From IMG/VR virus record IMGVR_UViG_3300008416_000001: a stretch of 64,000 nt of DNA; one strand, 5' to 3'. Of this stretch, positions 6,584 through 16,484 are shown one piece after another. Position 1 is the stretch's first letter, and every line of letters starts with the position of its first letter. Made by a program: the position numbers and the translations under genes. The stretch is from a virus. The notes below the pieces were generated by a model, which worked only from the letters and a program-made list of their open reading frames with translations, was not told the DNA's origin and did not search any database.

Positions 6584-8436
6584 GCTGGCTCCTTCCATGT
6601 GTCATCTGTCGGGTCAAGGTCCGCATCAAAACGGAAATCGGTTGCATTGCCTAAACTAATCTCGCCCCAAGTTGGAGAGTAAGCCCCGGTAGTATCTTCG
6701 AGGCTCGCATTGACCCACATTTTTCCTGTGGATTCCTGAATTACCACTGTGTCACCGATAGCTCTCGCACCTGCTGCCGTCATGGTATTAGTGCCATCGG
6801 AGAAAGTTAGGCTTGAACTACCATCATAATCGCATGAAATAGTACCGCTTGTCAGATAGTTCTCAGCATTCACAGAACCAAGACGGAAGCGTAAAAAGTC
6901 TGCTGTGGTTGGTGTTACCAGGAATTCTGTTGTGGCTCTGATGACTGTGCTTGTTATAGTGATGATTGGTGAGGAGACTACTGAGTCTTCAGTTAGTTGA
7001 GCGTGATGAATAATAGATGTCAAAGTATTTGCACCTTGGCCAACTGGGTAAATGTATAAAAGCCTACCGTTCGTAGCAGTGCCAGTGCATTTAATCTCTA
7101 ACCTATAAACCTCGCCACCGTTTGGCCCGTCGTTACTTATTAATGCCACACTTGGCGTCCCGGTCCCTTGCGAATCACTAAGAACATGGGTTGTCCAGTC
7201 AAAGTCTGCAAGGTATACCCATCCTGCTGCCGTAGAATCATAGATGCCTAAAGATGTATTTGTGGCATCCACATTTTCAATAATAAGGTAATAAGTTTCT
7301 TCTATACCAGTCAGGGTAGTTACCGCTTGTGTTCTTGCTCTGAAGGTTTGATTTGTATTGGTTGTTTTGTACGGTGTTGCAAAACTACTGTAACCTGTTG
7401 CGGCAACGTAACTAAAGTCACTACCATCAGGCCAGTAAGTTGCTACATTTGATGGAGTACTCTCTACAATAAGGTTCGTCGCCGCTGATTCATTCAAAAC
7501 ATGAGGCAGATAGTTAATCGATTCTGTGGCGAGATTGGAATAATGAGAATCAACTCTGTATTCAACTGTACCGTCTGTCAAAACATTACCGATGTTAGCT
7601 TTAACAACACCAATCGGTGTGCCCTGTGTGGTGCCGGAGACAGTGATGGTCAATGCGTAGTTATGGTTGTCAGCTCCAGTCGTATAGAGTTTGTCGTCTA
7701 CAGAATAAGCGGTAACATTTTCTCTGTAAGTATAAAGCAGGAAGATGTCCTCACCGCTTGTACCTGTCTTCGTCGGGTGAAGCTTTATCCCGCTGTCTTT
7801 CGCTGTGTCGTTTAGGAAGATGGGGATAATCAAAGCCCTTGAAACAAACTCGACATCACCAACAAACGTAGATAAAGCCCTAATAAATATGCCGTCACTG
7901 GCGACAGGTCGCGACTCTAAGTTCCCAGAGTATGTACCATTAGCTGTAATCGTGGCATCTATTTGGCTCCCATCCATGAAAAATTGTAGGGTTCCTGTTA
8001 CATAGTTAGATACAACAATTTCCCATCTGTATATTCTACTGTTTTCACCGACACCGTTGACAGGGTTTTCCCTCAAGTCAGAGTTCCCTGACTGTGTCCC
8101 ATCACAAGAAGCCTTACCTCCAGCCACAGACCAACCTGTTCCAGTAGTCCACTGGGATGGGTTATCGAATGAAGGGTCAGCTACCTCCTCTAACGATATA
8201 ACCCCTGGTTCATCCGTATCATAGCTAATCCGCATCCCTTCAGACACAGCAATGCCAGCAGGGACTTCTTCTATCAGCAAGCCGTTCGTGCTATCCCGTA
8301 CTCTTGCTTGGGTTACGCTGGTACCACCGGCTGTGATATTGGCCCCGATTGTCGCCAAAGTATCTAGAACGAAAGTGGCAAGCCATCTTACCTGCGATAC
8401 AACAGATTTGAAAAATGATATAGGATATGTAAACAT
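6580..8436 (-). CDS. Fibre/spike-like structural protein (618 aa) with CBM-like and head-spike-fibre-like segments
   Basis: Thr/Ser/Gly-rich beta protein; PSFDNPSQWTTGTGWSV and HAQLTE..VSSPII.T...V.RA motifs. Confidence 0.55.
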   Translation of the reverse strand: MFTYPISFFKSVVSQVRWLATFVLDTLATIGANITAGGTSVTQARVRDSTNGLLIEEVPAGIAVSEGMRISYDTDEPGVISLEEVADPSFDNPSQWTTGTGWSVAGGKASCDGTQSGNSDLRENPVNGVGENSRIYRWEIVVSNYVTGTLQFFMDGSQIDATITANGTYSGNLESRPVASDGIFIRALSTFVGDVEFVSRALIIPIFLNDTAKDSGIKLHPTKTGTSGEDIFLLYTYRENVTAYSVDDKLYTTGADNHNYALTITVSGTTQGTPIGVVKANIGNVLTDGTVEYRVDSHYSNLATESINYLPHVLNESAATNLIVESTPSNVATYWPDGSDFSYVAATGYSSFATPYKTTNTNQTFRARTQAVTTLTGIEETYYLIIENVDATNTSLGIYDSTAAGWVYLADFDWTTHVLSDSQGTGTPSVALISNDGPNGGEVYRLEIKCTGTATNGRLLYIYPVGQGANTLTSIIHHAQLTEDSVVSSPIITITSTVIRATTEFLVTPTTADFLRFRLGSVNAENYLTSGTISCDYDGSSSLTFSDGTNTMTAAGARAIGDTVVIQESTGKMWVNASLEDTTGAYSPTWGEISLGNATDFRFDADLDPTDDTWKEPA

Positions 8437-9473
8437 TAGTTAAAATCCTGTGTGAAGGTTCCCATCATGTTAGTCCCATCAGATACGAATGCTAAAACGT
8501 CTTTCCCTGTCGTTAGTGTCGTTGTAATAACAGGCGCTGTTCCCCCCGGCCATTGATAGGCTGATCCGTATGCCAATGTCCGGCTTCCTGTACCGTCCTG
8601 CTTGACTGTAAGCAAGTACGTTGCGCCAGCAACCTGATTAGTTGGGTTGTCAAGCGTTCTGTTGCCTCCAAGCGTCAATGTGGCGACTTGATTGGCTGCT
8701 AGATCCCATGCCACGTTAGCTTGGTCTGTCAATGTCGTAGCGTCGAAATTCTGTGTTGCGGTGTATTCCTGTGCCTCGTCTGTTACTGCGTTGTTTGCGT
8801 CATAGAGTAGGAATGCGTGTTCATCAGTACCCTGTGCTCTCACAAATAAGGTACCACTAACTGCAGAATTAATAACAAATGCAATAGGTAGTCCTATCGC
8901 AGGTTGTGTTGGCTCTGTTGAAGTTAACCCACCAATAACCGTGCTACTGATCCACAATACATCACCATCACCAAATGCAGATGTATTAACACCACGAATT
9001 TTACCGAAGTGTGTCACTTTCCCATCCGTACCATCCGCTATGTCCTCAGTAGCAATACCAATAAAAAACTTAGCATTTGCTGGATTAGTCCCGTCCATTG
9101 GCGAAACTGTCAAACGTCCTGACGCACCAACTGTACCAGTAGCCATAACAGGAGTCCCATCACTAATTAAAACACCCGTTAAATTGCGAACATGGTAATG
9201 CACTTCCTGGCCAAGTTGCAGGGTTGCACCATTAAGACCTAAATCACAAGTTTCTTCATCAGCGTTCCATGCTATTTCACCTTGAACTACAGTCTCGCCT
9301 GCAGCTGTGTCAAATTTAAATTTACCAATTGGCAATATTCTAAGAATCTTTTGTAGAACATTACCAAGGGTAGCCTTGAGACTTTCACCGCCTCCGGTCT
9401 TCTGGATTTCAATCTCGTCAGTTGAAACCGGCGTTGACTCTTCAGATAAATCATTTATTTCGACGTTTGCCAT
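8436..9473 (-). CDS. Fibre/decoration-like structural protein (345 aa)
   Basis: MANVEINDL N-terminus; IGIATEDI.DG..G.VT.FG.IRG; C-terminal LTLGGN.TL.NPTN...GATY.L...QD.TG.RT module. Confidence 0.55.
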   Translation of the reverse strand: MANVEINDLSEESTPVSTDEIEIQKTGGGESLKATLGNVLQKILRILPIGKFKFDTAAGETVVQGEIAWNADEETCDLGLNGATLQLGQEVHYHVRNLTGVLISDGTPVMATGTVGASGRLTVSPMDGTNPANAKFFIGIATEDIADGTDGKVTHFGKIRGVNTSAFGDGDVLWISSTVIGGLTSTEPTQPAIGLPIAFVINSAVSGTLFVRAQGTDEHAFLLYDANNAVTDEAQEYTATQNFDATTLTDQANVAWDLAANQVATLTLGGNRTLDNPTNQVAGATYLLTVKQDGTGSRTLAYGSAYQWPGGTAPVITTTLTTGKDVLAFVSDGTNMMGTFTQDFN

Positions 9474-9489
9474 AGTTTGACTCCTTAAA

Positions 9490-9801
9490 TTACTTCATTC
9501 CTTCGTGTTCTAAAGAATAGTGATTAGCATCATTAAAACGCCCACCCCAAGAGCCTCCGATTTCTTCCCAGTATTCTCCCATCTCTCTGTGATCGTCTGT
9601 AGTTGTTAAATATTTACCACCCTTGAATAAATTCAAATCAATAGCAAGCCTCTTGCGGTGCAATGAATTAGGATGCCCGTACAATACTTGTTCACTTCTA
9701 AACGCATCGCCTAGTGTTACCTGGTAGCCTTTAGAGTGAGCATAGCGAATAAGCAAAACAACCATACCTGTGAATTCATTTTGTTTGTCAACTAGTCCCA
9801 T
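9490..9801 (-). CDS. Endolysin, M15-family (L-Ala-D-Glu type) peptidase
   Basis: SLH...LAIDLN and WGGRF.DANHYS zinc-peptidase motifs. Confidence 0.88.
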   Translation of the reverse strand: MGLVDKQNEFTGMVVLLIRYAHSKGYQVTLGDAFRSEQVLYGHPNSLHRKRLAIDLNLFKGGKYLTTTDDHREMGEYWEEIGGSWGGRFNDANHYSLEHEGMK

Positions 9802-9983
9802 TAGATAAATACTCCAACTATAACAGCGATAATAATACCGCCAAGAATACTAAAAGCCCACCTTCTGGTTGACTCTAGGCTCTTAATTCTTTCGTGTTTT
9901 CTTCCGTCGCTAACCGACATTTCTGTCATACCTTTTCTTAGTTCTTTTACATCGTCTCTTATTTCTCTAAGCAACTCTTCCAT
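9801..9983 (-). CDS. Small C-terminal TM protein (XhlA/holin-like)
   Basis: Charged coiled N-terminus with a hydrophobic C-terminal helix; directly upstream of the endolysin. Confidence 0.55.
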   Translation of the reverse strand: MEELLREIRDDVKELRKGMTEMSVSDGRKHERIKSLESTRRWAFSILGGIIIAVIVGVFI

Positions 9984-9991
9984 GACAGTCC

Positions 9992-10291
9992 CTAATTGTG
10001 AGCGTGTTTTGATTTCTCCACGTCCCTCATCCTAGCTTGTATTCTCAATATCTGCCCATGCACCTTGTCCTGTCCTTCAGCAATCCTAGTATCTAATACA
10101 GTGGCATAGGTCAGAGCGCTTGTTACTCTTTCGTCAAGTCGGCCAAAATAAACAAGTGTTGAAAACGCTAAACCCACCATAATAAGCCCAATGCTAAACA
10201 TCCCTTTGCCAATCGCATTATGCCATTTAAGATCGCTTTGTATTCGCTGCAAAGTGATCACCGTGTCTGTTCTCTCTCTGTTGTCAGTCAT
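9992..10291 (-). CDS. Single-TM coiled-coil protein, possibly lysis-related
   Basis: One hydrophobic helix (GMFSIGLIMVGLAFSTLVYFG) followed by a coiled coil. Confidence 0.5.
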   Translation of the reverse strand: MTDNRERTDTVITLQRIQSDLKWHNAIGKGMFSIGLIMVGLAFSTLVYFGRLDERVTSALTYATVLDTRIAEGQDKVHGQILRIQARMRDVEKSKHAHN

Positions 10292-10305
10292 GTAGTGGAC
10301 TCCGG

Positions 10306-10830
10306 TTAAGAAACTCTGGTTACAATTAGAGATGCCTCTTGTGGTGTAAAGCTTGTCCCGCCAGTGCTTGAACTTATGTATAAAGAGATTTCGTCATTTG
10401 CAGCGCATGTGATTAACGCATTACATCCAGCGTCACCTGTATCACCACCAGCACTTATAAAGCGATTAAACGCATATCCGGTCCCTGTTGTATTATTATA
10501 AATTTCGACTTGGAAAATATCAGAAGAGCTACCTATAAAAGAGGCGCTGGCATTGATAAGATAATCACCTGCCGTTAATATAGTAATTTTATCATTTGCG
10601 TGATCTGGAGTTGTACCACTTGATATACCATTGGTCGCAAAACCTGTCATTTGTGCAGGTGTCCCGGTTATACCGGTTTGTGCAGTAGAACCACCGTTAA
10701 CATATATAGAACCATATCCTCCCATTGAAGACACCAGAAAGTCTCTCAAGTCTTGTGGTGATATATCGCCAGTCGTATTGTCTGCAAACAGTGCCTGTAA
10801 CGCCGCCAGTGTTCTTTGTGTGTCTGCCAT
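10306..10830 (-). CDS. Structural protein with a C1q/BclA-like C-terminal beta domain
   Basis: ADNTTGDISPQDLRDF N-terminus; KITILTAGDYLINAS...C..NDEISLY pattern. Confidence 0.5.
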   Translation of the reverse strand: MADTQRTLAALQALFADNTTGDISPQDLRDFLVSSMGGYGSIYVNGGSTAQTGITGTPAQMTGFATNGISSGTTPDHANDKITILTAGDYLINASASFIGSSSDIFQVEIYNNTTGTGYAFNRFISAGGDTGDAGCNALITCAANDEISLYISSSTGGTSFTPQEASLIVTRVS

Positions 10831-11144
10831 TATTTATCCTTATATGGAAAGAGTTGATTGAGTTTCGCTTGTCTTTTATTGCATCCGCCGCACGGCTTTA
10901 CACCTACAGACTTAGTTAGTTTAGCAATCGTATCACCTAACCCTCTAGGCTTTGAATTGTTACCCCTTAACCAAAGTTTATACGCGGCTTCATCCCAAGC
11001 GTTCTTTTTAAGAAACGCGCGCATTTTCTTTTGTCTGATAGCTACCCCTGATTCGTCGCCAGCCCCAATCAGCGCCATTACTTCGTGTGTATCAAGATGC
11101 AGTGTATCATGTATTGTCTGATGTATACTCATGGGCATTGCCAC
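10830..11144 (-). CDS. Hypothetical protein with a GLGD...CGGC motif
   Basis: GLGDTIAKLTKSVGVKPCGGCNKRQAKLN. Confidence 0.6.
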   Translation of the reverse strand: MAMPMSIHQTIHDTLHLDTHEVMALIGAGDESGVAIRQKKMRAFLKKNAWDEAAYKLWLRGNNSKPRGLGDTIAKLTKSVGVKPCGGCNKRQAKLNQLFPYKDK

Positions 11145-11800
11145 TCTTCAGTTAGATACCTGGATTGTATCGGAACGGTGTAAACTGAAGTAGTGCATAA
11201 GTCGCAATCAGCTATAGCAGACACTACTGGTGTACCTAGTGGGCATAGTTCTGAATCACTGCGACCATCTATGCAATTCCACCCCTCTGTTATTCTTATT
11301 GCCCCATTTATTGTTATTTGTGACCCAACTGCGCAGATGTGGGCATCGGTAAATTTTATAGCACAGTCAGTACCATTTACCCCCCAGAAGTAAGAACCTC
11401 TGGGTGGATCAGATACCGTGACCCATATGCCACCAGTTAGCCTAACGGTCAATGTGTTGCTATTCCCGCAGGTATCTGTTGCAGTCACAACGCCGCCACG
11501 GTAGTCGCCTGGAGTAACACAAGAATTAATTGAAGTTATCTCACCGCTTGAATCTATACCACCGGAGTCAAACGACCAAGTATATGGCCCGATGCCACCT
11601 GTTGCAGAATAAATATCCCCCACGTTACAATCTCCGTCGCCTGAAACGGTTATATCCATAGACGTTAAACACGGATCTACCCTTCCTGGATCAACGCACA
11701 CCTTTATGTCCTGTGGTTTTGGTGTTTGCTCATCGTCGCAGATGACTATGTCTGATGGTGTAGCGGTATTTTCATCTGTGCAAACCTTAATATTACTCAC
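11129..11800 (-). CDS. Cys-rich tail-region protein
   Basis: 223 aa with about a dozen Cys; IKVC.D motif repeated at the N-terminus. Confidence 0.6.
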   Translation of the reverse strand: MSNIKVCTDENTATPSDIVICDDEQTPKPQDIKVCVDPGRVDPCLTSMDITVSGDGDCNVGDIYSATGGIGPYTWSFDSGGIDSSGEITSINSCVTPGDYRGGVVTATDTCGNSNTLTVRLTGGIWVTVSDPPRGSYFWGVNGTDCAIKFTDAHICAVGSQITINGAIRITEGWNCIDGRSDSELCPLGTPVVSAIADCDLCTTSVYTVPIQSRYLTEEWQCP

Positions 11801-12057
11801 AGAGCGTAATTCCTATCAGCCGAATAATCTGCGTAAGCACTATCGCCAATAATTGAATAGGTGCGCTTGTCGGTTCTGACTTCAACATTAGCGCCAGCTG
11901 TAAATGACTGACCTGCAGCTTTACCAGCGCGGACAGCTTGGCCTTTTGGCGTTCTCACGTTAGTGTGTGTGTCAAAATCTCTGATTACAACACAGACGAT
12001 AATATTCTGCTGGTCAATATTTAACAGCTTTTTGACTTCTCTTAAACTCATGACCAA
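11797..12057 (-). CDS. Small tail-region protein
   Basis: 86 aa, operon packing. Confidence 0.55.
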   Translation of the reverse strand: MVMSLREVKKLLNIDQQNIIVCVVIRDFDTHTNVRTPKGQAVRAGKAAGQSFTAGANVEVRTDKRTYSIIGDSAYADYSADRNYAL

Positions 12058-14063
12058 ATCACATAGTAAGCTAGGTTTAAGTTATATTCTATCCTGTCGA
12101 AGTTGGTAACTCTCTGCGTTGATAACACTTCGCATTTCTGAGCAACCAAGCCTAATCCATCAACATCTATAGTGATAATATCGCCTTCTTTAATGTCCTG
12201 TGTTGCGTTGCTTGATGCGTCAACATCGTCAACCCTGACAGTTAAAAAATGTTTGTGATATATACCTTTTTCTACTTCAACCTGTGCAGATGCCTTGGCC
12301 TGATCTTCATCGACGTAATAAATAAGTACAGATTCATCAAGCCAATTAACGTTCACTCCATCATATATTTCCTCTGACTCGTCCAATGCCAAAGAAAGGT
12401 CTTTATATACAACAATGCTTGGGGCCTTAGTCCCTGCAGGTTCTGTATTCGTTGCTGTCGTCGTAGTAAAATAAAAAGTCTCTTCAAATGGATCACCTGC
12501 GCCATCAACGGCTATAATTTCAACTTTCACTTCTTTACGATAACCACTTGACGATACAGGTGTAAATGTTACCTTAAATCCTTCCCCACCGAATCCACTG
12601 CTAAAACCATTTGAGAATCCTGACCCAAAGCTCGTTATGGTAGTTGATACTACACCACCATTAATTTTAGTAGTGATATCTGAAGACGATAAACCATGTA
12701 ATGTATCGCCAATTTCATAATATAAGGTCCAGTCTCGCCTAACGTCTCTATTCCTGGACGCTGGACTTACGTGATCGATTGAAGCGAACTTCTCCAGAGT
12801 AATATCTCGCACAGTTAAGTCTGCTTGGTCGTCTATCCAACAAGCCACAAACGTTCCTATCGCTGTATCTAATGTTGCAACTCCTGCAAGGTCATATATT
12901 ACAACATCGTCGCTACTGTCAACATATGCGACATATCCAGCTGTTCTAGTTGCAGTTGTTGACGCCCATACATAAGGAATATTACCACTTGAAATTGTAT
13001 CTAATGTTACATTATATATTAAAACATCATCAACTTCAAAAGCTTCACCGTCTATATTACCATCAACACTTCCGATATTGAATGTTGTGTTTCCTGAGCT
13101 ACGAGTAAAAAATCCCGTATAAGTCCCTTCTGAACTTTGAGGTATTACCTCGAAATAATCATCACCCTCTAACCCACCAAGATCACCGCCGATCCTGAAC
13201 GGTACAATATCACCTGACCCCCCACCTGTTGTCGTATTCTTAATTTTCAATGATACATAATAAGCCTCATTTATAGCTAACACATCAAGATTCGCCGCAT
13301 CAGTGGCGCCATCACCTTTCATGTAGAGTTTGTCTGATACCGTTGTGTTTATATCAAAAGTGCCGAGTGATGCACCTGTCCAATTGTTTGCACCACTCAT
13401 ATCTGAATCTGTGCCAGTCGCTAAGCTGGCCCCTATTGATTCGTTATAATCAAAAACATCTACCCCCGCACCTGTAGCAATAAACAGAGTGTTATCTGCA
13501 CCATAACTTAAATTGTTAACCGTATCATTTGATATCGTTGGAACATTTAACCTGAACGTTTCTTCTGCTGTCCAGTTATTAGAAGGAAATGCTAAGGTCT
13601 CCAATCCTGATGCTACAGAATAAGCTATATATGTTCCATTGATCGCCGCGTTGTCTGTCTCCTCGTCAGAATATTGATGCGGTAATCCAGGGGAGGCGAA
13701 ATATTCAGCGCCCAACGAGTGACAGACTAGCAATTTTGTGTCAATACCTGCTAGAGAGTTGATATCATCACTCTGAATGGCATAACTTGTTCCAGATACA
13801 GCGTAATATTGTTGCAGTTGGCTCGTTAAATCACCATTACCGATCGGACATTGCCAAACACCACGGTCTGAAGTCCCCAACCATATGCCGTTAGCATTAA
13901 CCGCGCCACTTGTCACATTAGAAAGCGCTGCATATCCCAAGCGAGACCACGATATATACGATGTTTGATAAATATCAACGCCGCCTGCAGAGAATATGAA
14001 CACTTTGTCGCCTAAGTAGGCATAAGTTTTAACAGTTGTCGATTGTGTGTCTAGTGTTGACAT
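12048..14063 (-). CDS. Large tail protein (671 aa), beta-propeller-like N-terminus
   Basis: Located after the TMP; acidic and beta-rich; short repeats resembling propeller blades. Confidence 0.6.
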   Translation of the reverse strand: MSTLDTQSTTVKTYAYLGDKVFIFSAGGVDIYQTSYISWSRLGYAALSNVTSGAVNANGIWLGTSDRGVWQCPIGNGDLTSQLQQYYAVSGTSYAIQSDDINSLAGIDTKLLVCHSLGAEYFASPGLPHQYSDEETDNAAINGTYIAYSVASGLETLAFPSNNWTAEETFRLNVPTISNDTVNNLSYGADNTLFIATGAGVDVFDYNESIGASLATGTDSDMSGANNWTGASLGTFDINTTVSDKLYMKGDGATDAANLDVLAINEAYYVSLKIKNTTTGGGSGDIVPFRIGGDLGGLEGDDYFEVIPQSSEGTYTGFFTRSSGNTTFNIGSVDGNIDGEAFEVDDVLIYNVTLDTISSGNIPYVWASTTATRTAGYVAYVDSSDDVVIYDLAGVATLDTAIGTFVACWIDDQADLTVRDITLEKFASIDHVSPASRNRDVRRDWTLYYEIGDTLHGLSSSDITTKINGGVVSTTITSFGSGFSNGFSSGFGGEGFKVTFTPVSSSGYRKEVKVEIIAVDGAGDPFEETFYFTTTTATNTEPAGTKAPSIVVYKDLSLALDESEEIYDGVNVNWLDESVLIYYVDEDQAKASAQVEVEKGIYHKHFLTVRVDDVDASSNATQDIKEGDIITIDVDGLGLVAQKCEVLSTQRVTNFDRIEYNLNLAYYVIWS

Positions 14064-16484
14064 CTATGCTGGCCCTTCGTAAGTAATTGCACCTGTTTTG
14101 TTATCAGTGCATGTAACATTATACCCGCCTCGCGCGTCACTGTTTTGGGGCGATATGTTGAAGCTATAACTAACACCGTCAACAACAACCTCGTTTGAAC
14201 CGCTTGACCCATTCCCGAAGGTAAAATATCCATCTGCATCTGTACGAGACGAGACACCATTCACCGTTACAACCTTACCCGCTATCGGTTGGCCTTCGCA
14301 GTCAACTATACGTCTAGTGCCATCAACGTCACCGTCAGTGCCGTTAGAATCGTTTTCAACTGTCGTGCAAGTCTCGTCACCAGTTCGCTCTCTGCGGTCA
14401 ATCTCTGTTTCCCATGACCAGCCACCGGAGTCTCCAAACCTTGCAAAGTTCCCGCCTGTTGCGTCATCGTCTGTGATTTCTATCTCAACGTCAGCTTTAT
14501 AGCCGCCAACAATAGCACGTACTGTTACCGTTCCGTAATCTGTACCGGAGGTGAGATTAATTGACGCTACTCCGTCAGTGGTAGTCGCTGTTGGTGATGA
14601 TAACAAACAACCTAAATCATTACCTCTGAACTCAAAATAAACAGTCGTGCCATTGGTCACGAAAGTTCCATCTTCCTTCAGGACTGTGGCCTGTATAGTT
14701 GAAGTCTTATCTTCCTCACTTAGTACCTCATAACCTTGATAAGATGTTGCCGTATTAGCTCCTGCTGTCGGTTGGCCTGTAACATAAAGGCGATAACTCG
14801 ACCCCACATTCTCCCATTTAAGAATGACTGAGGATGGAAACCCTGTAACCGTTACGGCTGTAGCGTAGAAAATAGGATTATCAAGCTCTGTGTATCTATC
14901 ATCACCATCAGCAGTTATAATGCTTGTCTCGCCAACGTAGTTATTGATTATAGTTTCATCTTCTATACTCTTTCTAATTCTGGCTGGATCAGCTTCAAGA
15001 AATAAAGAACCAACAGCAGAGCCAGTCAAAGACAATTGAGCTTCGCCTTGTTGACCTAACGAAGACGCAACGACAAGACCACTACCGACAGCTGTGCCTG
15101 CACCAACCAATGTTTCTGCTATACCATTCTCATTGCACAAACTAGACGCAGGTGAGACGTTAACTCCGGTAAGCGGGTTTGCGTTATATTTAATGTAATC
15201 GATGATTACAGCTTGCCCTGTTGGCCCTGGAGATATGCCTAATGTTATTGGCTTAGTGTTTGGGGTGAAGCTTCCACCAGTAAAGAAATTTGTTCCTACT
15301 TTGCGCGTATCTGATGCACGATAGACACCAATGACTTGACCAATATTATTAGTCGTTGATACTGCCAGGCTACCTGTCGTCGTCTGAGTCTCGTCTATTA
15401 CTTTGTCAGCATAATCTTCAATAGCCCATGTCACCGTCTCAGCAGTCACATAACTCACAATAAACAAATCAGTACCGTTGTCTGCTACTTCTATTTCGTC
15501 AGCGTCAAACGTTATGTAGTCTATCCTATCACCCTTGACAGGAACAGATTGAGTACCATCATTCAACCAAATGGCTATAACATCAAAGCATCCACTCACA
15601 GGAATAATTGTAAATGAACCCGCATCAATCGGTTCGTCAATAATGGTTGAGTGTTGAACAGGAATACCTGAAGCATCAAAAACCTGGGCAGCTGCCGTTG
15701 CCGTGCTAGTACCATCAGCAGGGATAGTGTCAGGCCGCACAAATACGGTTACAACAGGTATCTTGCCTAAACTGTAGTCAAAGGCCGCACCCTTAACCCT
15801 GATAGCGTTACGCGGCGAATCTATGCGGTCTTCGTTGTATGAAAGTGAAAGAGCATTATCAAAATCAAAGGTTGCTGAATCGGTTAGCGACTTTGTAGGT
15901 ATGTCGAAAATCTCGAATCCTAACCCGTCATTAGTAACACGAACTCCCGCGCCACAGGATTCTGCCAAGTCGCGAAGAACGTCAAGTCTTCTTGCTCTAT
16001 TAAACTCTAATCGCTTACCTGGGACCGTTGGATCTTCCGTTGCTTGCCAATCTACGGAGATAACATCTCCGGTCTGAGTCTGTACGTTCTCAACGCAAAT
16101 TTGCCGGGCTACGGCTGACATTGGCGCATCAATTGTTGGTACATATGTTAGCAAAGGAAAGTCAACAATCCGTCCAGCAAAGGCACGACCGGAAGCAATA
16201 GGAAAGGGGAATTCTTGAGCCACCGTTCCGTTTGTATCTTCAAACAAGTAATGTGTGGTCGTGGTGTTTTCTGTCACCCTCAATCTAGCGCGATCCTGAT
16301 TAATTGAAGGATCTAGATATTGCTCTACATCATCACCATCAATGCCGAAATCTATATTGATAGTTGGCACGAGTTGTGATTCTGATGTTGTCCCATCTCT
16401 TAAGGTTACAACTGAAGCTGTGATGTCTTGCCATGTCAGGCCAGCGTCTTCTATCTCGACTTTAAATGTTGATGCTATAGGCAT
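14064..16484 (-). CDS. Tail hub/baseplate protein with Ig-like (Big-1/invasin-like) domains (806 aa)
   Basis: Immediately after the TMP; VRPDTIPADGTSTATAAAQVFDASG and TSTIQATV...G..V..GTTV.F Ig-like signatures. Confidence 0.65.
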   Translation of the reverse strand: MPIASTFKVEIEDAGLTWQDITASVVTLRDGTTSESQLVPTINIDFGIDGDDVEQYLDPSINQDRARLRVTENTTTTHYLFEDTNGTVAQEFPFPIASGRAFAGRIVDFPLLTYVPTIDAPMSAVARQICVENVQTQTGDVISVDWQATEDPTVPGKRLEFNRARRLDVLRDLAESCGAGVRVTNDGLGFEIFDIPTKSLTDSATFDFDNALSLSYNEDRIDSPRNAIRVKGAAFDYSLGKIPVVTVFVRPDTIPADGTSTATAAAQVFDASGIPVQHSTIIDEPIDAGSFTIIPVSGCFDVIAIWLNDGTQSVPVKGDRIDYITFDADEIEVADNGTDLFIVSYVTAETVTWAIEDYADKVIDETQTTTGSLAVSTTNNIGQVIGVYRASDTRKVGTNFFTGGSFTPNTKPITLGISPGPTGQAVIIDYIKYNANPLTGVNVSPASSLCNENGIAETLVGAGTAVGSGLVVASSLGQQGEAQLSLTGSAVGSLFLEADPARIRKSIEDETIINNYVGETSIITADGDDRYTELDNPIFYATAVTVTGFPSSVILKWENVGSSYRLYVTGQPTAGANTATSYQGYEVLSEEDKTSTIQATVLKEDGTFVTNGTTVYFEFRGNDLGCLLSSPTATTTDGVASINLTSGTDYGTVTVRAIVGGYKADVEIEITDDDATGGNFARFGDSGGWSWETEIDRRERTGDETCTTVENDSNGTDGDVDGTRRIVDCEGQPIAGKVVTVNGVSSRTDADGYFTFGNGSSGSNEVVVDGVSYSFNISPQNSDARGGYNVTCTDNKTGAITYEGPA

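Noticed and set aside
5996-6682. Long plus-strand ORFs opposite late genes (e.g. 5996..6682, 20043..20409, 21439..21921) and minus-strand ORFs opposite the coiled-coil gene (35148..35916)
   Set aside because: Antisense shadows of well-supported genes; Ser/Phe-rich composition, no RBS and no motifs
6580-16484. Diversity-generating retroelement or invertible tail-fibre cassette
   Set aside because: No reverse transcriptase or invertase, and I saw no TR/VR-like or crossover-site repeats within the unit
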